DNA from: Comamonadaceae bacterium
GTDB taxonomy: Bacteria; Pseudomonadota; Gammaproteobacteria; Burkholderiales; Burkholderiaceae_C
Assembly (NCBI GenBank): GCA_947451285.1
Contig: CANFYL010000002.1
Coordinates: forward strand, 12,688-76,687
Direction: 5' to 3'
DNA: 64,000 nt
The translations under genes and the position numbers were made by a program. Positions 1 to 10,533 of the stretch are shown piece after piece. Below the pieces are notes generated by a model, which was not told the origin of the DNA, did not search any database, and saw nothing but the letters and a program-made list of their open reading frames with translations. Each line of letters begins with the position of its first letter. Within the stretch, counting starts at the first letter, position 1.

Positions 1-2
1 TC

Positions 3-893
3 ATGGCTCGCATTGGAACAGCGGTATCAACAGCGGCCATCATTCCGTTGTCGATGGCGTGGGTTGGAGACCAAGTTCATTACGAACGCCGCCAAGAAAC
101 ATTAGCCCGTGTTGGTTTGGGCACCATGTTGGGCATCACGGCTGGACAATTGTTTGGGGGCCTGCTGACCGATACCTTGGGGTGGCGCTGGGCCTTTGCC
201 ATGGTCGCCATCTTGTTTGGCGGGGTGAGTTTCATGCTTTGGCGACATTGGCGCCACATTGAGGCACCAAGCGAACCCTTCGAATCCGAACATGGTTTCG
301 TCGGACAACTTGTTCAAGTCGCACGCGACCCTTGGGCGCGTGCGCTGCTGAGCGTTGCATTGATAGAGGGAGGTTTGGTATTTGGCGTGTTGGCCATCAC
401 AGCCTCCCACCTCCACCACACGCACACCATCTCACTGACGCTTGCCGGTGGAACCACCGCGTTGTTTGGATTTGGTGGCATGCTTTACATGGCAACTGCC
501 AAATACACCATTCGTCGTTTCGGTGAAGTTTCTTTGGCACGTTATGGCGGAAGTTTGCTCAGTGTGTGCTTTGGCGTGGTGGCATTCACCCCTTGGTGGC
601 CCTTGGCAATTCCGGCTTGCTTCTTGGCCGGTTTTGGGTTTGCCATGTTTCACAACACCATGCAAGCCAAAGCGACGCAAATGGTGCCAAGCGCTCGGGG
701 CACCAGCGTGACCTTATTTGCTGGGGCTTTGTTTTTGGGTCAATCATTGGGGGTTTTGGTATTGGCCAAGTTGATGACCTACACAGATTCCGCCCATGTG
801 ATCGGCATTGACGCTGTCGGTGTTGCTGGCCTGGCCTGGCATTTTGGTCAAAAGCTGAAGCATCGCAATGCCAGTCAGGCTGACCATGCCTAA
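3..893 (+). CDS. MFS transporter (5'-truncated by window edge)
   Basis: Multiple hydrophobic helices; MFS-like segments GGLLTDTLGWRWAF and PSARGTSVTLF; frame open to window start. Confidence 0.85.
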   Translation: MARIGTAVSTAAIIPLSMAWVGDQVHYERRQETLARVGLGTMLGITAGQLFGGLLTDTLGWRWAFAMVAILFGGVSFMLWRHWRHIEAPSEPFESEHGFVGQLVQVARDPWARALLSVALIEGGLVFGVLAITASHLHHTHTISLTLAGGTTALFGFGGMLYMATAKYTIRRFGEVSLARYGGSLLSVCFGVVAFTPWWPLAIPACFLAGFGFAMFHNTMQAKATQMVPSARGTSVTLFAGALFLGQSLGVLVLAKLMTYTDSAHVIGIDAVGVAGLAWHFGQKLKHRNASQADHA

Positions 894-1824
894 ATCTCAA
901 ATGGATCGACCTATGACACAAAATATAGAGCAATTGGCCAGACAAGTGGAGCAGCACCCCGACTATCGCGTGCTTAGACGTTTGATGCCTCAACACACCT
1001 TCACCCCCCCCCTGCTTGGGCAACGCATTTGCAAGGGTGTGGTCTTAGATACCGAAACAACTGGCTTTGATGCGCAAGGTGATCGTGTGATTGAACTTGG
1101 CATGCTTGTCTTTGAATTCGACCCAATCACAGGATCGGTTTTCAAAGTGTTGAGCGTATTTGACGAATTGGAGGATCCGGGTTTTCCAATTCCTCCAGAG
1201 ACGATTGAGGTCCACCACATCACGGATGACATGGTCAAAGGCCGCCGTATCGACGACGAAAGCGTGGCACGTTTGATGCAAGGTGTTGATGTGGTGATTG
1301 CACACAATGCCAAATTCGACCGCCCATTTGTTGAAGCGCGCTGGCCAATTTTTGAGCAACTGAATTGGGCTTGCAGCATCCAAGACATTGATTGGCGTAA
1401 AGAAGGCTTTGGTTCGGCCAAGTTGGAATATTTACTGAGCACGCAAGGCTACTTTTATGAGGCTCATCGGGCAGAAACCGATTGTTGGGCTTTGCTTTTT
1501 TTACTGAACCACGTCCTCCCTAACAGCCAACGCACCGCCTTGCTCGCCCTGCTTGAAACCCTTAACCAGCCCCATAAAAAAGTGAGTGCTGTCGGCTCGC
1601 CTTTTGAAACCAAGGACATTCTCAAATCCCGCAATTACCGATGGTCTGCCGACTTACGCTGCTGGAGCCGATCAGTGGCGGGAGAACAAGCAATGCAAGA
1701 CGAGTTAGCTTGGCTCAAGCGGCATGTTTATGGCGAACGCAGTGCGCGCGTTGAAATCGAGACCATGGGCGGCAAGGTCAGATATTCAAACCGACAAGGA
1801 CATAAAGAATTCATCGCGCTTTAA
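886..1824 (+). CDS. DEDDh 3'-5' exonuclease, DNA polymerase III epsilon-like (start uncertain: 868/886/901/913)
   Basis: ExoI VLDTETTG, ExoII AHNAKFD, ExoIII HRAETD; extra C-terminal domain PFETKDILKSRNYRW. Confidence 0.85.
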   Translation: MPKSQMDRPMTQNIEQLARQVEQHPDYRVLRRLMPQHTFTPPLLGQRICKGVVLDTETTGFDAQGDRVIELGMLVFEFDPITGSVFKVLSVFDELEDPGFPIPPETIEVHHITDDMVKGRRIDDESVARLMQGVDVVIAHNAKFDRPFVEARWPIFEQLNWACSIQDIDWRKEGFGSAKLEYLLSTQGYFYEAHRAETDCWALLFLLNHVLPNSQRTALLALLETLNQPHKKVSAVGSPFETKDILKSRNYRWSADLRCWSRSVAGEQAMQDELAWLKRHVYGERSARVEIETMGGKVRYSNRQGHKEFIAL

Positions 1825-1849
1825 CCGATGCTCTAAGCACGCCAGGCGT

Positions 1850-2182
1850 TCAATAACTAACCAACTGCCAAGGTACGTTGCAACTTTGTACATTGGGGTA
1901 ATACTGCTGCGCCGTACTGCAAAAGTAGGCCACCCGATTGGGATACATCGAAGGCTGGGCCATCACCACAGGTGGTGCTACCGCATAACTGGGCGTGCTG
2001 GCGGAATAAATCACACTGCCAACCAAAGCAGCCCCTAATACTGGCGCCACCCAGTCATTGCGCCAACCACCGTGGTGCGCATGACCGTGACCATGTCTAC
2101 CATGACCGCCACCGTAGGCCTGTGCAGGCAACACGACGGTGCAAACCAATAAACAAAGCAACGCGTTAGGAATACGTTTCAT
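1850..2182 (-). CDS. Secreted His/Gly- and Pro-rich hypothetical protein (paralog A)
   Basis: Signal peptide ending AQA; GGHGRHGHGHAHHGG tract; C-terminal YFC-x4-QYYP-x-VQ-x-C-x2-W; AGGAG RBS upstream. Confidence 0.75.
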   Translation of the reverse strand: MKRIPNALLCLLVCTVVLPAQAYGGGHGRHGHGHAHHGGWRNDWVAPVLGAALVGSVIYSASTPSYAVAPPVVMAQPSMYPNRVAYFCSTAQQYYPNVQSCNVPWQLVSY

Positions 2183-2231
2183 GGAAGATCTCTCCTTGCA
2201 TTTTGCAATCTATGACCACAAGGTCACACCT

Positions 2232-2261
2232 TCAACGCAGCTTGTAGCTCTGTGGATGACA
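2232..2261 (-). promoter_or_regulatory. Candidate ECF-sigma-type promoter for paralog A
   Basis: Minus strand TGTCATCC-N15-GCGTTGA; the CGT in the -10 element is typical of ECF promoters. Confidence 0.3.
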
Positions 2262-2284
2262 GGGTAGAAAGAAAACTCAACGGC

Positions 2285-2671
2285 TTATTGAGGGTTGACC
2301 ACTAGCCAAGGGCTGAGACAGGTTTGTACGGCTGGAAAGTATTGGGCAGACTCGCGACAATAGTAGGCCTCGACTGGGGCTGGTGCCGAGCCACCCTGAA
2401 TCCAAGTAACAGGGGGAGGATTTTGCATCACGACGGCAGGTGGGTTTGTGATGATCACTGTAGAACCTGGCACCACAGGATATGGCCGAGAAAAATAGAG
2501 CGTGGTCCCAACCGCTGCACCAAACATCAAAGGCGCAATCCAAGGGTCATAACCCCATCCACCATGGCGATACACATGCACACCTCTTGGGCCGTAGGCC
2601 TGCGCCAAACAAGCCGTCATCAACAGCAGCAACCCAAAGACCCAACGACGCAATAAGGAATAAGTAGACAC
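2285..2671 (-). CDS. Secreted Pro-rich hypothetical protein (paralog B)
   Basis: Signal peptide ending AQA; HGGWGYDPWIAP; C-terminal YYC-x4-QYFP-x-VQ-x-C-x2-W; GAGGAG RBS before GTG. Confidence 0.75.
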   Translation of the reverse strand: MSTYSLLRRWVFGLLLLMTACLAQAYGPRGVHVYRHGGWGYDPWIAPLMFGAAVGTTLYFSRPYPVVPGSTVIITNPPAVVMQNPPPVTWIQGGSAPAPVEAYYCRESAQYFPAVQTCLSPWLVVNPQ

Positions 2672-2768
2672 TATCTTGCTCCTCTCAAAATTGAGTCTTA
2701 ATTGTCTGCCAGTTGAAGGAAATCAGCATATCTATTTTGTAAAGTCGAGTCGCTCGATATCGGGTTAT

Positions 2769-4079
2769 TCAAGCCAACAAGGCCTCTAAGGCCAAGGCAA
2801 TGCTGGCCAATTGGCTATCCTGACCACGCAAACCTGAGACCATCAAGCCCACCGGCAAGGCATTTTCTGGTTGACAAGGCAAACTGAACGCACACCCATC
2901 CAAGTAATTGATGGCAGACGGATTGCGCAACAACAACCGGTTTACTTTAAAAAAAGCCTCATCGCTGGCTAGCAAAGGCGCTAGTTCTGGTGCACAGATG
3001 GGCACCGTGGGACTGAGCATGGCATCAAAACCTTGCATGACCTCTTCAGCCTCAAAAATCCAAGCTCTTCGACGATCCAATAACCCTATATAGTCCAGCG
3101 CGCTCACATCGCGACCAAGGGTCATACGGGCCATCACACGCGGGTCAATCAGACTGGGGGCACGGGCCAGGCGGGCGTGATGTGCTGCATATCCCTCGAC
3201 AGGAGAAAAACCACCTGGTGAGCTTAGCGTTGCGATATCCCCCAAGCTTGTGAAAGGGATATCCACGACTTCAGCTCCTGCAGCTGAAATCAGCGTAAGC
3301 GCGCGCTCAAAGGCATCCACGACTGCAGGCTCCATGTCATCCAACATCAGCGTTTGTGGAACGGCAAATCGAACTTGGCGTAAGTCGGCGGACTGAACCG
3401 GCATGGTCATTTGCGATACAACGGCGTCAACATTCATACATGCCCGAACATTCCGGGCAATGACGCCCACTGTATCCAAGGATCTAGACAACTCCATAAC
3501 ACCCTTCAGCGGAATGCGCGATTGGGTGCCTTTGAATCCGACTAGGCCGCACAACGCTGATGGAATTCGAATGGAGCCACCCGTATCCGTGCCCAAAGCC
3601 GCAAAAGCTAGCCCTAATGCTACAGATACAGCAGCTCCCGCTGACGAGCCGCCAGGCACACGGGGTAAGTGTGCATCGCAGGGGTTTAAAGGTGTTCCGT
3701 AGTGTGGGTTGATTCCCACCCCAGAAAATGCAAACTCACTCATATTGGTTTTTCCCAACAAGACCGCGCCTGCCTTTCGTAAACGCTGAACTACAGGCGC
3801 ATCCTGAGTTGCAAACGATTCGCCTTGACACACGAGGGTGCCCGACATGGTGGTTTGCCCTGCAACATCGAAATTGTCTTTGAGTGTGATCGGCAGACCA
3901 TGCAAGGCCCCAAGAGGAGCGCCAGATAAACTGGCAGCGTCAGCTGCTCGGGCCTGAGCCAAGGCATCCTCCGTGATCAGATGTGTAAAAACATGCGCTG
4001 CATCTGGACTTTGAGCCCTGAACAATATGTCCTGCATCCAAGATTCGTAGGAGGCGTGAGGTGGGTGTGGTGAGGTCAC
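2769..4079 (-). CDS. Amidase-signature family enzyme
   Basis: Catalytic Lys (LKDN), GKTNMSEFA, PGGSSAG and GTDTGGSIRIP motifs. Confidence 0.92.
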   Translation of the reverse strand: MTSPHPPHASYESWMQDILFRAQSPDAAHVFTHLITEDALAQARAADAASLSGAPLGALHGLPITLKDNFDVAGQTTMSGTLVCQGESFATQDAPVVQRLRKAGAVLLGKTNMSEFAFSGVGINPHYGTPLNPCDAHLPRVPGGSSAGAAVSVALGLAFAALGTDTGGSIRIPSALCGLVGFKGTQSRIPLKGVMELSRSLDTVGVIARNVRACMNVDAVVSQMTMPVQSADLRQVRFAVPQTLMLDDMEPAVVDAFERALTLISAAGAEVVDIPFTSLGDIATLSSPGGFSPVEGYAAHHARLARAPSLIDPRVMARMTLGRDVSALDYIGLLDRRRAWIFEAEEVMQGFDAMLSPTVPICAPELAPLLASDEAFFKVNRLLLRNPSAINYLDGCAFSLPCQPENALPVGLMVSGLRGQDSQLASIALALEALLA

Positions 4080-4147
4080 TTGTAAGAACTTCCTGTGCTA
4101 GCCTATGTCAATCCCAATTATTGTTTGCTTTTTATAAAGCTTTTTGA

Positions 4148-4546
4148 ATGCGCGACGCAACTGAACTTACCTTGTATTACGACGGTCAATGCCCACTTTG
4201 CCAAGCAGAAATTCACTTCCTGCAGTCGCGAAACGGTCAAGGCAAGCTCGCATTTGTGGATGTAACCGAGGCCAACTTTGAGGCCAAAGCTCACCAGATT
4301 TCATGTGAAGCGGCCTTGGCACAAATTCATGGTCGTCTTGCCAGCGGCCAGGTATTGGTGGGGGTACCGGTCTTCGTCCACGCTTATCAATTGGCCAATC
4401 TGCCTGCCATGGCCTGGGTGCTGTCACGGCCCTGGCTCAAGCCTATGCTAGATCCAGCCTATGTTCTGTTCGCAAAATACCGGCATACGCTGTCAAAACG
4501 CTTCGGACCGGCACTTTTACGCTACTCGAAGAGATTTTTCCGTTAA
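4148..4546 (+). CDS. DCC family thiol-disulfide oxidoreductase (DUF393)
   Basis: N-terminal YDGQCPLC (DxxCxxC) motif; size 132 aa. Confidence 0.85.
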   Translation: MRDATELTLYYDGQCPLCQAEIHFLQSRNGQGKLAFVDVTEANFEAKAHQISCEAALAQIHGRLASGQVLVGVPVFVHAYQLANLPAMAWVLSRPWLKPMLDPAYVLFAKYRHTLSKRFGPALLRYSKRFFR

Positions 4547-4628
4547 TTCAGTCGGCTTTTTCGCTCAATGGTCAAAGTGGCTTGATAAATTTGCGAAAAT
4601 AGCATTTTTGTCTCAGAGAACAAAAACA

Positions 4629-4886
4629 ATGTCACGCCCAGAAAAAACAGAGATTTCCAACGACGGACTGCGCTACAAGTCAAAAAAGGGCGGTTCACCT
4701 TTTGAAGGCCTTGGCCGCACCGGTGACACCATGAGCTGCATCAAATGCGGCGTGCACAAGCCCCGCAACAATGGCTCATTCAAGCGCATCTTGGGTTCCT
4801 CGATGTTTGTGTGCTTCGATTGCAGCCCACCCAAGAAAGAATCAGACCCAGCCACTCCTGCTGCGGCAGTCAAAGCTAAGGCCTGA
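4629..4886 (+). CDS. Small basic Cys4 zinc-finger-like hypothetical protein (85 aa)
   Basis: ATG at 4629; CIKC...CFDC; Lys-rich; followed by a terminator. Confidence 0.65.
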   Translation: MSRPEKTEISNDGLRYKSKKGGSPFEGLGRTGDTMSCIKCGVHKPRNNGSFKRILGSSMFVCFDCSPPKKESDPATPAAAVKAKA

Positions 4887-4901
4887 TACATTGATCCCCA
4901 T

Positions 4902-4930
4902 AAAAAAGCGGCTCGTTGAGCCGCTTTTTT
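4902..4930. terminator. Bidirectional intrinsic terminator
   Basis: AAAAAAGCGGCTC-GTT-GAGCCGCTTTTTT perfect inverted repeat between convergent genes. Confidence 0.88.
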
Positions 4931-4944
4931 ACATTGGCATTGGC

Positions 4945-7296
4945 TTACTCGATGCGCACCACCGCATTTGGCTTGAAGCCCAAGTCGGCCACTTTACCTT
5001 TTTTGGCACGCGCGGCTTTGGCGTTGTTCAAGCTGCGAATTTCTAGGGTTTCTTCGCGCGGCTTGCCGCCTCGACCCACGCCTTCAATGCGCACGCTGCG
5101 GGTGTAAGCCGCTGCACCAGCTAAGGTATCTTTGGTTTCTAGGTCAATCAGCATCAAACCGCGACCTCCCTTCTCCATCAATTTGAGATCGGACAACTCA
5201 AAGGTCAAGAAGCGGCCGCCGACAGACGCACAAGCCACATGCGTAGCAACGGCCAAAGGGACAGCCCCAGAGCCGCCGCTGATGGGAGATGGTCTGCACA
5301 AGGCCTCGCCCTCGCCCAATGTCATAAAAGCCTTACCGCCTTTGTTGCGCGAAATCATGTGTTCAATGTTGGCCATGAAACCATAGCCCCCCGAGCTGCT
5401 GAGCAAATAAGTCGCGCTCGAAGGACCAGCCACGTAATGCAGCAAGTGGGTACCAGTCTCGAGATCCACCAAGGTGGTCACAGGTTGCCCATCACCACGC
5501 GCCCCTGGCAGCACCGATATGGGTACAGAGTAAATACGGCCGTTCGAGCCGAAGGCGATGAAGGTGTCCACAGTGCGGCACTCAAACGTGCCATACAAAC
5601 CGTCCCCCGACTTGAAAGCAAAGCTGGCAGGGTCATGCCCATGGCCGGTCCGGGCTCGCACCCAGCCCTTTTCTGAGACCACTACCGTGACAGGTTCGTC
5701 AATCACTTTGACTTCGGCCACGGCTTTTTTCTCTTCTTGAATCAAAGTGCGGCGCGCGTCAGAGAACTGCTTGGCATCGGCTTCGATTTCTTTCACCATC
5801 AGTCGACGCAAGGCTACGGGGTTGCCCACGATGTCTTCGAGTTTGGCTTGCTCTTCGCGCAGCTCTTTGAGCTCTTGCTCAATCTTGATGGCTTCCAGAC
5901 GCGCCAACTGGCGCAAGCGAATTTCCAAAATGTCGTCGGCTTGTCGCTCGCTGAGTTGGAAGCGCTCCATCAAGGCCTGTTTTGGCTCATCGCTCTGACG
6001 GATGATTGCAATCACCTCGTCGATGTTGAGCAAGACCAGTTGACGACCTTCCAAGATGTGGATGCGGTCGAGTACTTTGTTCAATCGGTACCGCGATCGG
6101 CGCAGGATGGTGCTTTGGCGAAACTCAATCCACTCGGTGAGCATGTCGCGCAGAGACTTTTGCACCGGGCGACCGTCCAACCCCACCATGGTGAGGTTGA
6201 TGGACGATGACGTCTCGAGGCTGGTGTGCGCCAACAAGGTGGTGATGAGTTCTTGCTGCTCAATCGTACGGGTCTTGGGCTCGAAGACCAAACGAACCGG
6301 CGCATCTTTGCTCGACTCGTCACGCACCACATCCAACACGGCCAAGACCGAGGCCTTGAGCTGTGTTTGTTCAGGCGACAAAGCCTTTTTGCCTGCTTTG
6401 ACTTTGGGGTTGGTCAGTTCTTCAATTTCTTCCAGCACGCGCTGGCTACTCACCCCCGGTGGCAACTCGTTGACCACCAGTTGCCATTGGCCACGGGCCA
6501 AGTCCTCAATGACCCAACGGGCACGCACTTTGAGCGAGCCGCGTCCGGTGCGGTAGGCATCGGCAATGTCGGAGGCACTGCTGATGATTTGACCGCCACC
6601 TGGGTAATCAGGCGCGGGCAAGATCTGCAGCAGCTCTTCGTCGCTCAGCTTGGGCGACTTGATCAGAGCCACGCAAGCATCGGCCACTTCACGCAGGTTG
6701 TGGCTCGGAATCTCGGTGGCCATGCCCACGGCAATACCACTTGCACCATTGAGCAAGGCAAACGGCAAACGCGCCGGCAACTGCTTAGGCTCTTCGGTGG
6801 AGCCGTCGTAGTTGGGCTGAAAGTCCACCGTGCCTTCGTCAATTTCGTCCAGCAGCAAGGTCGTAATTTTGGCTAGGCGGGCTTCGGTGTAGCGCATCGC
6901 TGCCGCGCCGTCACCATCGCGTGAGCCAAAGTTGCCTTGTCCATCAATCAGCGGATAGCGTTGCGCGAAGTCTTGGGCCATTCGCACCAGTGCTTCATAC
7001 GCAGCACTGTCGCCGTGCGGGTGGTAGCGACCCAGCACATCACCCACCACGCGGGCGCACTTGACCGGTTTGGCGCCCGTGTTGTTGTTGGGGCCACTGA
7101 AGCCCAAGCCCATGCGGGACATGGAATACAGAATGCGTCGCTGCACGGGTTTTTGGCCGTCGCACACATCGGGCAAGGCTCGGCCTTTGACCACGCTCAG
7201 GGCGTACTCAAGGTAAGCACGCTGGGCATAGTGGCCCAGTGCGATATCACCCTCGTTGTCAGCGGTAGGCAGGTCTGGGTTTAACAAATCGGTCAT
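4945..7296 (-). CDS. parC: DNA topoisomerase IV subunit A
   Basis: [33 protein letters not shown] active-site Tyr; adjacent to parE. Confidence 0.96.
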   Translation of the reverse strand: MTDLLNPDLPTADNEGDIALGHYAQRAYLEYALSVVKGRALPDVCDGQKPVQRRILYSMSRMGLGFSGPNNNTGAKPVKCARVVGDVLGRYHPHGDSAAYEALVRMAQDFAQRYPLIDGQGNFGSRDGDGAAAMRYTEARLAKITTLLLDEIDEGTVDFQPNYDGSTEEPKQLPARLPFALLNGASGIAVGMATEIPSHNLREVADACVALIKSPKLSDEELLQILPAPDYPGGGQIISSASDIADAYRTGRGSLKVRARWVIEDLARGQWQLVVNELPPGVSSQRVLEEIEELTNPKVKAGKKALSPEQTQLKASVLAVLDVVRDESSKDAPVRLVFEPKTRTIEQQELITTLLAHTSLETSSSINLTMVGLDGRPVQKSLRDMLTEWIEFRQSTILRRSRYRLNKVLDRIHILEGRQLVLLNIDEVIAIIRQSDEPKQALMERFQLSERQADDILEIRLRQLARLEAIKIEQELKELREEQAKLEDIVGNPVALRRLMVKEIEADAKQFSDARRTLIQEEKKAVAEVKVIDEPVTVVVSEKGWVRARTGHGHDPASFAFKSGDGLYGTFECRTVDTFIAFGSNGRIYSVPISVLPGARGDGQPVTTLVDLETGTHLLHYVAGPSSATYLLSSSGGYGFMANIEHMISRNKGGKAFMTLGEGEALCRPSPISGGSGAVPLAVATHVACASVGGRFLTFELSDLKLMEKGGRGLMLIDLETKDTLAGAAAYTRSVRIEGVGRGGKPREETLEIRSLNNAKAARAKKGKVADLGFKPNAVVRIE

Positions 7297-9272
7297 ACGT
7301 CAATCTCAATCGAATCGCCATGCAGTTCCATCAGCTCGCGCCGGGCAGCGGCTTCGCCTTTGCCCATGAGTTGGGTGATCAAACCTTCGGTCTGCAAGAA
7401 GTCCAACGCTCCCAGTTGTATGGGCATCAAACGACGGGTGTCTGGGTTGAGGGTGGTGTCCCACAGTTGCTCAGCGCTCATTTCACCCAAACCTTTAAAG
7501 CGGCTGATGCTCCAGGAACCTTCGCGTACGCCGTCTTTGCGCAACTTGTCAAGAATGGCGGTAAGTTCGCCGTCGTCCAAGGCATACACCTTGGAGGCTG
7601 GTTTTTTGCCACGTGCGGGCGCATCGACGCGAAACAAGGGGGGGCGGGCCACATACACATGGCCTGCTTCAATGAGCTTGGGGAAGTGACGAAAGAACAG
7701 CGTGAGCAGCAGCACTTGGATGTGCGAGCCATCCACGTCGGCATCGCTCAAGATACACACCTTGCCGTAGCGCAAGCCGCTCATATCGGGGCTGTCGTTG
7801 GGGCCATGTGGGTCAACCCCGATGGCTACCGAAATGTCGTGAATTTCGTTGTTGGCAAACAAGCGGTCGCGCTCGACCTCCCAGGTGTTGAGCACTTTGC
7901 CGCGCAGCGGCAGGATGGCTTGGTTTTCTTTGTTGCGCCCCATCTTGGCGCTGCCGCCAGCAGAGTCACCCTCGACCAAAAACACCTCGTTGTGGGCGAT
8001 GTCTTTGCTTTCGCAGTCGGTCAGCTTGCCAGGCAGCACGGCCACGCCTGAGCCTTTACGCTTTTCAACTTTTTGCCCCGCCTTTTGGCGGCTTTGCGCC
8101 GCCTTGATCGCCAGCTCCGCCAGCTTTTTGCCGTATTCCACGTGCTGGTTGAGCCACAACTCCATGGTGGGCCGCACATAGCTAGACACAAGGCGCACAG
8201 CATCGCGCGAGTTGAGACGCTCTTTGATTTGGCCCTGGAACTGGGGGTCCAAGACTTTGGCGCTCAGCACATAGCTGGCACGGGCAAACACGTCTTCAGG
8301 CAACAGCTTCACGCCTTTGGGCAGCAAGGCATGCAACTCAATGAAGCTCTTGACCGCCGTGAACAAACCATCGCGCAAGCCGCTGTCATGCGTGCCGCCC
8401 GCGCTGGTGGGAATCAGGTTCACGTAGCTCTCGCGCACCGGCTGACCATCTTCGGTGAAAGCCACCGCCCAAGCAGCGCCCTCGCCTTCTGCAAAGCTGT
8501 CGTGGTTGCTGTCGGCGTAGCCATCGCCCTCGAACATGGGGATCACCAACTCACCGTTAAGCGACTGCATCAGATAGTCGCGCAAGCCGCCTTTGTAGAG
8601 CCAGTTTTGGGTTTCTTTGCTTTTTTCGTTGGCCAGTGTCACGCTGACACCTGGCATCAACACGGCCTTGCTGCGCAGTAGATGGACCAGCTCGCTCATC
8701 GGCAGTGCCGAGGATTCAAAGTATTTGGCGTCGGGCCACACACGCACTGAAGTACCCAACTTACGGTCCCCATTAGCCTGTTGGCGCAACGTTAAAGGTT
8801 CGATCACGTCTCCGGCAGAAAACACCAGGCGGGCCACTTGGCCTTCGCGATACGAAGTGACCTCCATGCGCTTGGCCAGTGCATTGGTCACGCTCACCCC
8901 CACACCATGCAAACCGCCCGAAAAACTATAAGCGCCGCCCTTGCCCTTGTCGAACTTGCCACCAGCGTGCAAACGGGTAAAAACAAGCTCAATCACCGGT
9001 GCTTTTTCTTCAGGGTGCAAGCCAAATGGAATGCCGCGTCCATCGTCATCGATGGTGACAGAGCCATCGATGTGCAAAGTCACGCCAATTTTCTTGCCGT
9101 GTCCAGCCAAGGCCTCATCGGCGGCATTGTCCAACACCTCTTGGATGATGTGCAGGGGGTTATCGGTGCGGGTGTACATGCCCGGACGTTGTTTGACAGG
9201 TTCGAGTCCTTTGAGAACACGAATTGAACCTTCGGAGTACTGGGGCGGGGAGGTGGGTTGCTTGGTAGCCAT
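7293..9272 (-). CDS. parE: DNA topoisomerase IV subunit B
   Basis: GHKL motifs [25 protein letters not shown]; [28 protein letters not shown]; RFKGLGEM. Confidence 0.96.
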   Translation of the reverse strand: MATKQPTSPPQYSEGSIRVLKGLEPVKQRPGMYTRTDNPLHIIQEVLDNAADEALAGHGKKIGVTLHIDGSVTIDDDGRGIPFGLHPEEKAPVIELVFTRLHAGGKFDKGKGGAYSFSGGLHGVGVSVTNALAKRMEVTSYREGQVARLVFSAGDVIEPLTLRQQANGDRKLGTSVRVWPDAKYFESSALPMSELVHLLRSKAVLMPGVSVTLANEKSKETQNWLYKGGLRDYLMQSLNGELVIPMFEGDGYADSNHDSFAEGEGAAWAVAFTEDGQPVRESYVNLIPTSAGGTHDSGLRDGLFTAVKSFIELHALLPKGVKLLPEDVFARASYVLSAKVLDPQFQGQIKERLNSRDAVRLVSSYVRPTMELWLNQHVEYGKKLAELAIKAAQSRQKAGQKVEKRKGSGVAVLPGKLTDCESKDIAHNEVFLVEGDSAGGSAKMGRNKENQAILPLRGKVLNTWEVERDRLFANNEIHDISVAIGVDPHGPNDSPDMSGLRYGKVCILSDADVDGSHIQVLLLTLFFRHFPKLIEAGHVYVARPPLFRVDAPARGKKPASKVYALDDGELTAILDKLRKDGVREGSWSISRFKGLGEMSAEQLWDTTLNPDTRRLMPIQLGALDFLQTEGLITQLMGKGEAAARRELMELHGDSIEIDV

Positions 9273-9309
9273 GGGCGGGCATTGTAGGTTTTAGTTAAAG
9301 TAGTCCTCT

Positions 9310-10533
9310 ATGAACCATCCATCACCCAAAACTTTGCCTATGTGGCAAGTTCTCTTTTGTGGCGCCGCCATCGTGACTTTGTCCATGGGGGTGCGCCACG
9401 GCTTTGGACTTTGGCTGCAACCCATCACACAAGCCCAAGACTGGACCCGTGAAAACTTTGCATTCGCCATTGCCATCCAAAACCTCACCTGGGGATTTGC
9501 AGGTATTTTTTCTGGCATGTTGGCCGATCGTTTTGGTGCATTTCGCGTCATCGTGACTTGTTCGGTGCTCTATGCGCTGGGTTTGGTCGGTATGGCTTAT
9601 TCCGACACCACGGCGATGTTCACCGCCTCTGCAGGTGTCCTGATCGGCATTGCCCAAGCAGGTACCACCTACGCAGTGATTTACGGGGTGATTGGACGTA
9701 ACGTCAGCGCTGAAAAACGCTCATGGGCCATGGGGGTAGCAGCAGCAGCAGGCTCATTTGGTCAGTTTTTGATGGTGCCCACGGAAGGTTTCCTCATCCA
9801 AAGCTTTGGCTGGCAGCAAGCGCTGGTAATGCTGAGTTTGGCCACCATCATGGTCATTCCCTTGGCATTTGGCCTTCGTGAGCCTGGCTTTGCAGGAGGC
9901 GCAGCTCCTCAGCGCGATCAATCCATTCTTAACGCGGTACGTGAAGCTTTTGCCTATCCAAGCTTTCAGCTCCTGATGGCGGGTTATTTTGTGTGCGGCT
10001 TCCAAGTGGTGTTCATTGGTGTGCATATGCCCAGCTACCTTAAAGACAAAGGACTGTCGCCCGAAGTCGCCAGCATGGCACTGGCCCTCATTGGCTTGTT
10101 CAACGTGTTTGGCACGTACATAGCGGGGTCCTTGGGACAGCGTTTGGCCAAGCGCAAAATCTTGTCATTTATTTACTTGTCACGCGCCATTGCCATCAGC
10201 TTGTTTTTGTTGGCACCACTCACGCCGATGAGCGTCTATGTCTTTGCTGCCACCATGGGTTTGCTGTGGCTTTCAACCGTGCCGCCAACCAATGCGGTGG
10301 TGGCCCAAATTTTTGGCGTAGCACATTTATCGATGCTAAGCGGGTTTGTGTTCTTTAGCCACCAAATTGGTAGCTTCTTGGGCGTTTGGTTAGGTGGCTA
10401 CTTGTATGACAAGACCGGCAGCTATGACATCGTCTGGTACATATCGATTGCTCTCGGTGTATTTGCAGCCTTGATCAACTTACCGGTGCGTGAAAATGCC
10501 ATTGCACGTGAACATACGGTAGCCGCTGCGTGA
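9310..10533 (+). CDS. MFS transporter
   Basis: About 12 TM segments; motif A GMLADRFGAFR. Confidence 0.9.
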   Translation: MNHPSPKTLPMWQVLFCGAAIVTLSMGVRHGFGLWLQPITQAQDWTRENFAFAIAIQNLTWGFAGIFSGMLADRFGAFRVIVTCSVLYALGLVGMAYSDTTAMFTASAGVLIGIAQAGTTYAVIYGVIGRNVSAEKRSWAMGVAAAAGSFGQFLMVPTEGFLIQSFGWQQALVMLSLATIMVIPLAFGLREPGFAGGAAPQRDQSILNAVREAFAYPSFQLLMAGYFVCGFQVVFIGVHMPSYLKDKGLSPEVASMALALIGLFNVFGTYIAGSLGQRLAKRKILSFIYLSRAIAISLFLLAPLTPMSVYVFAATMGLLWLSTVPPTNAVVAQIFGVAHLSMLSGFVFFSHQIGSFLGVWLGGYLYDKTGSYDIVWYISIALGVFAALINLPVRENAIAREHTVAAA

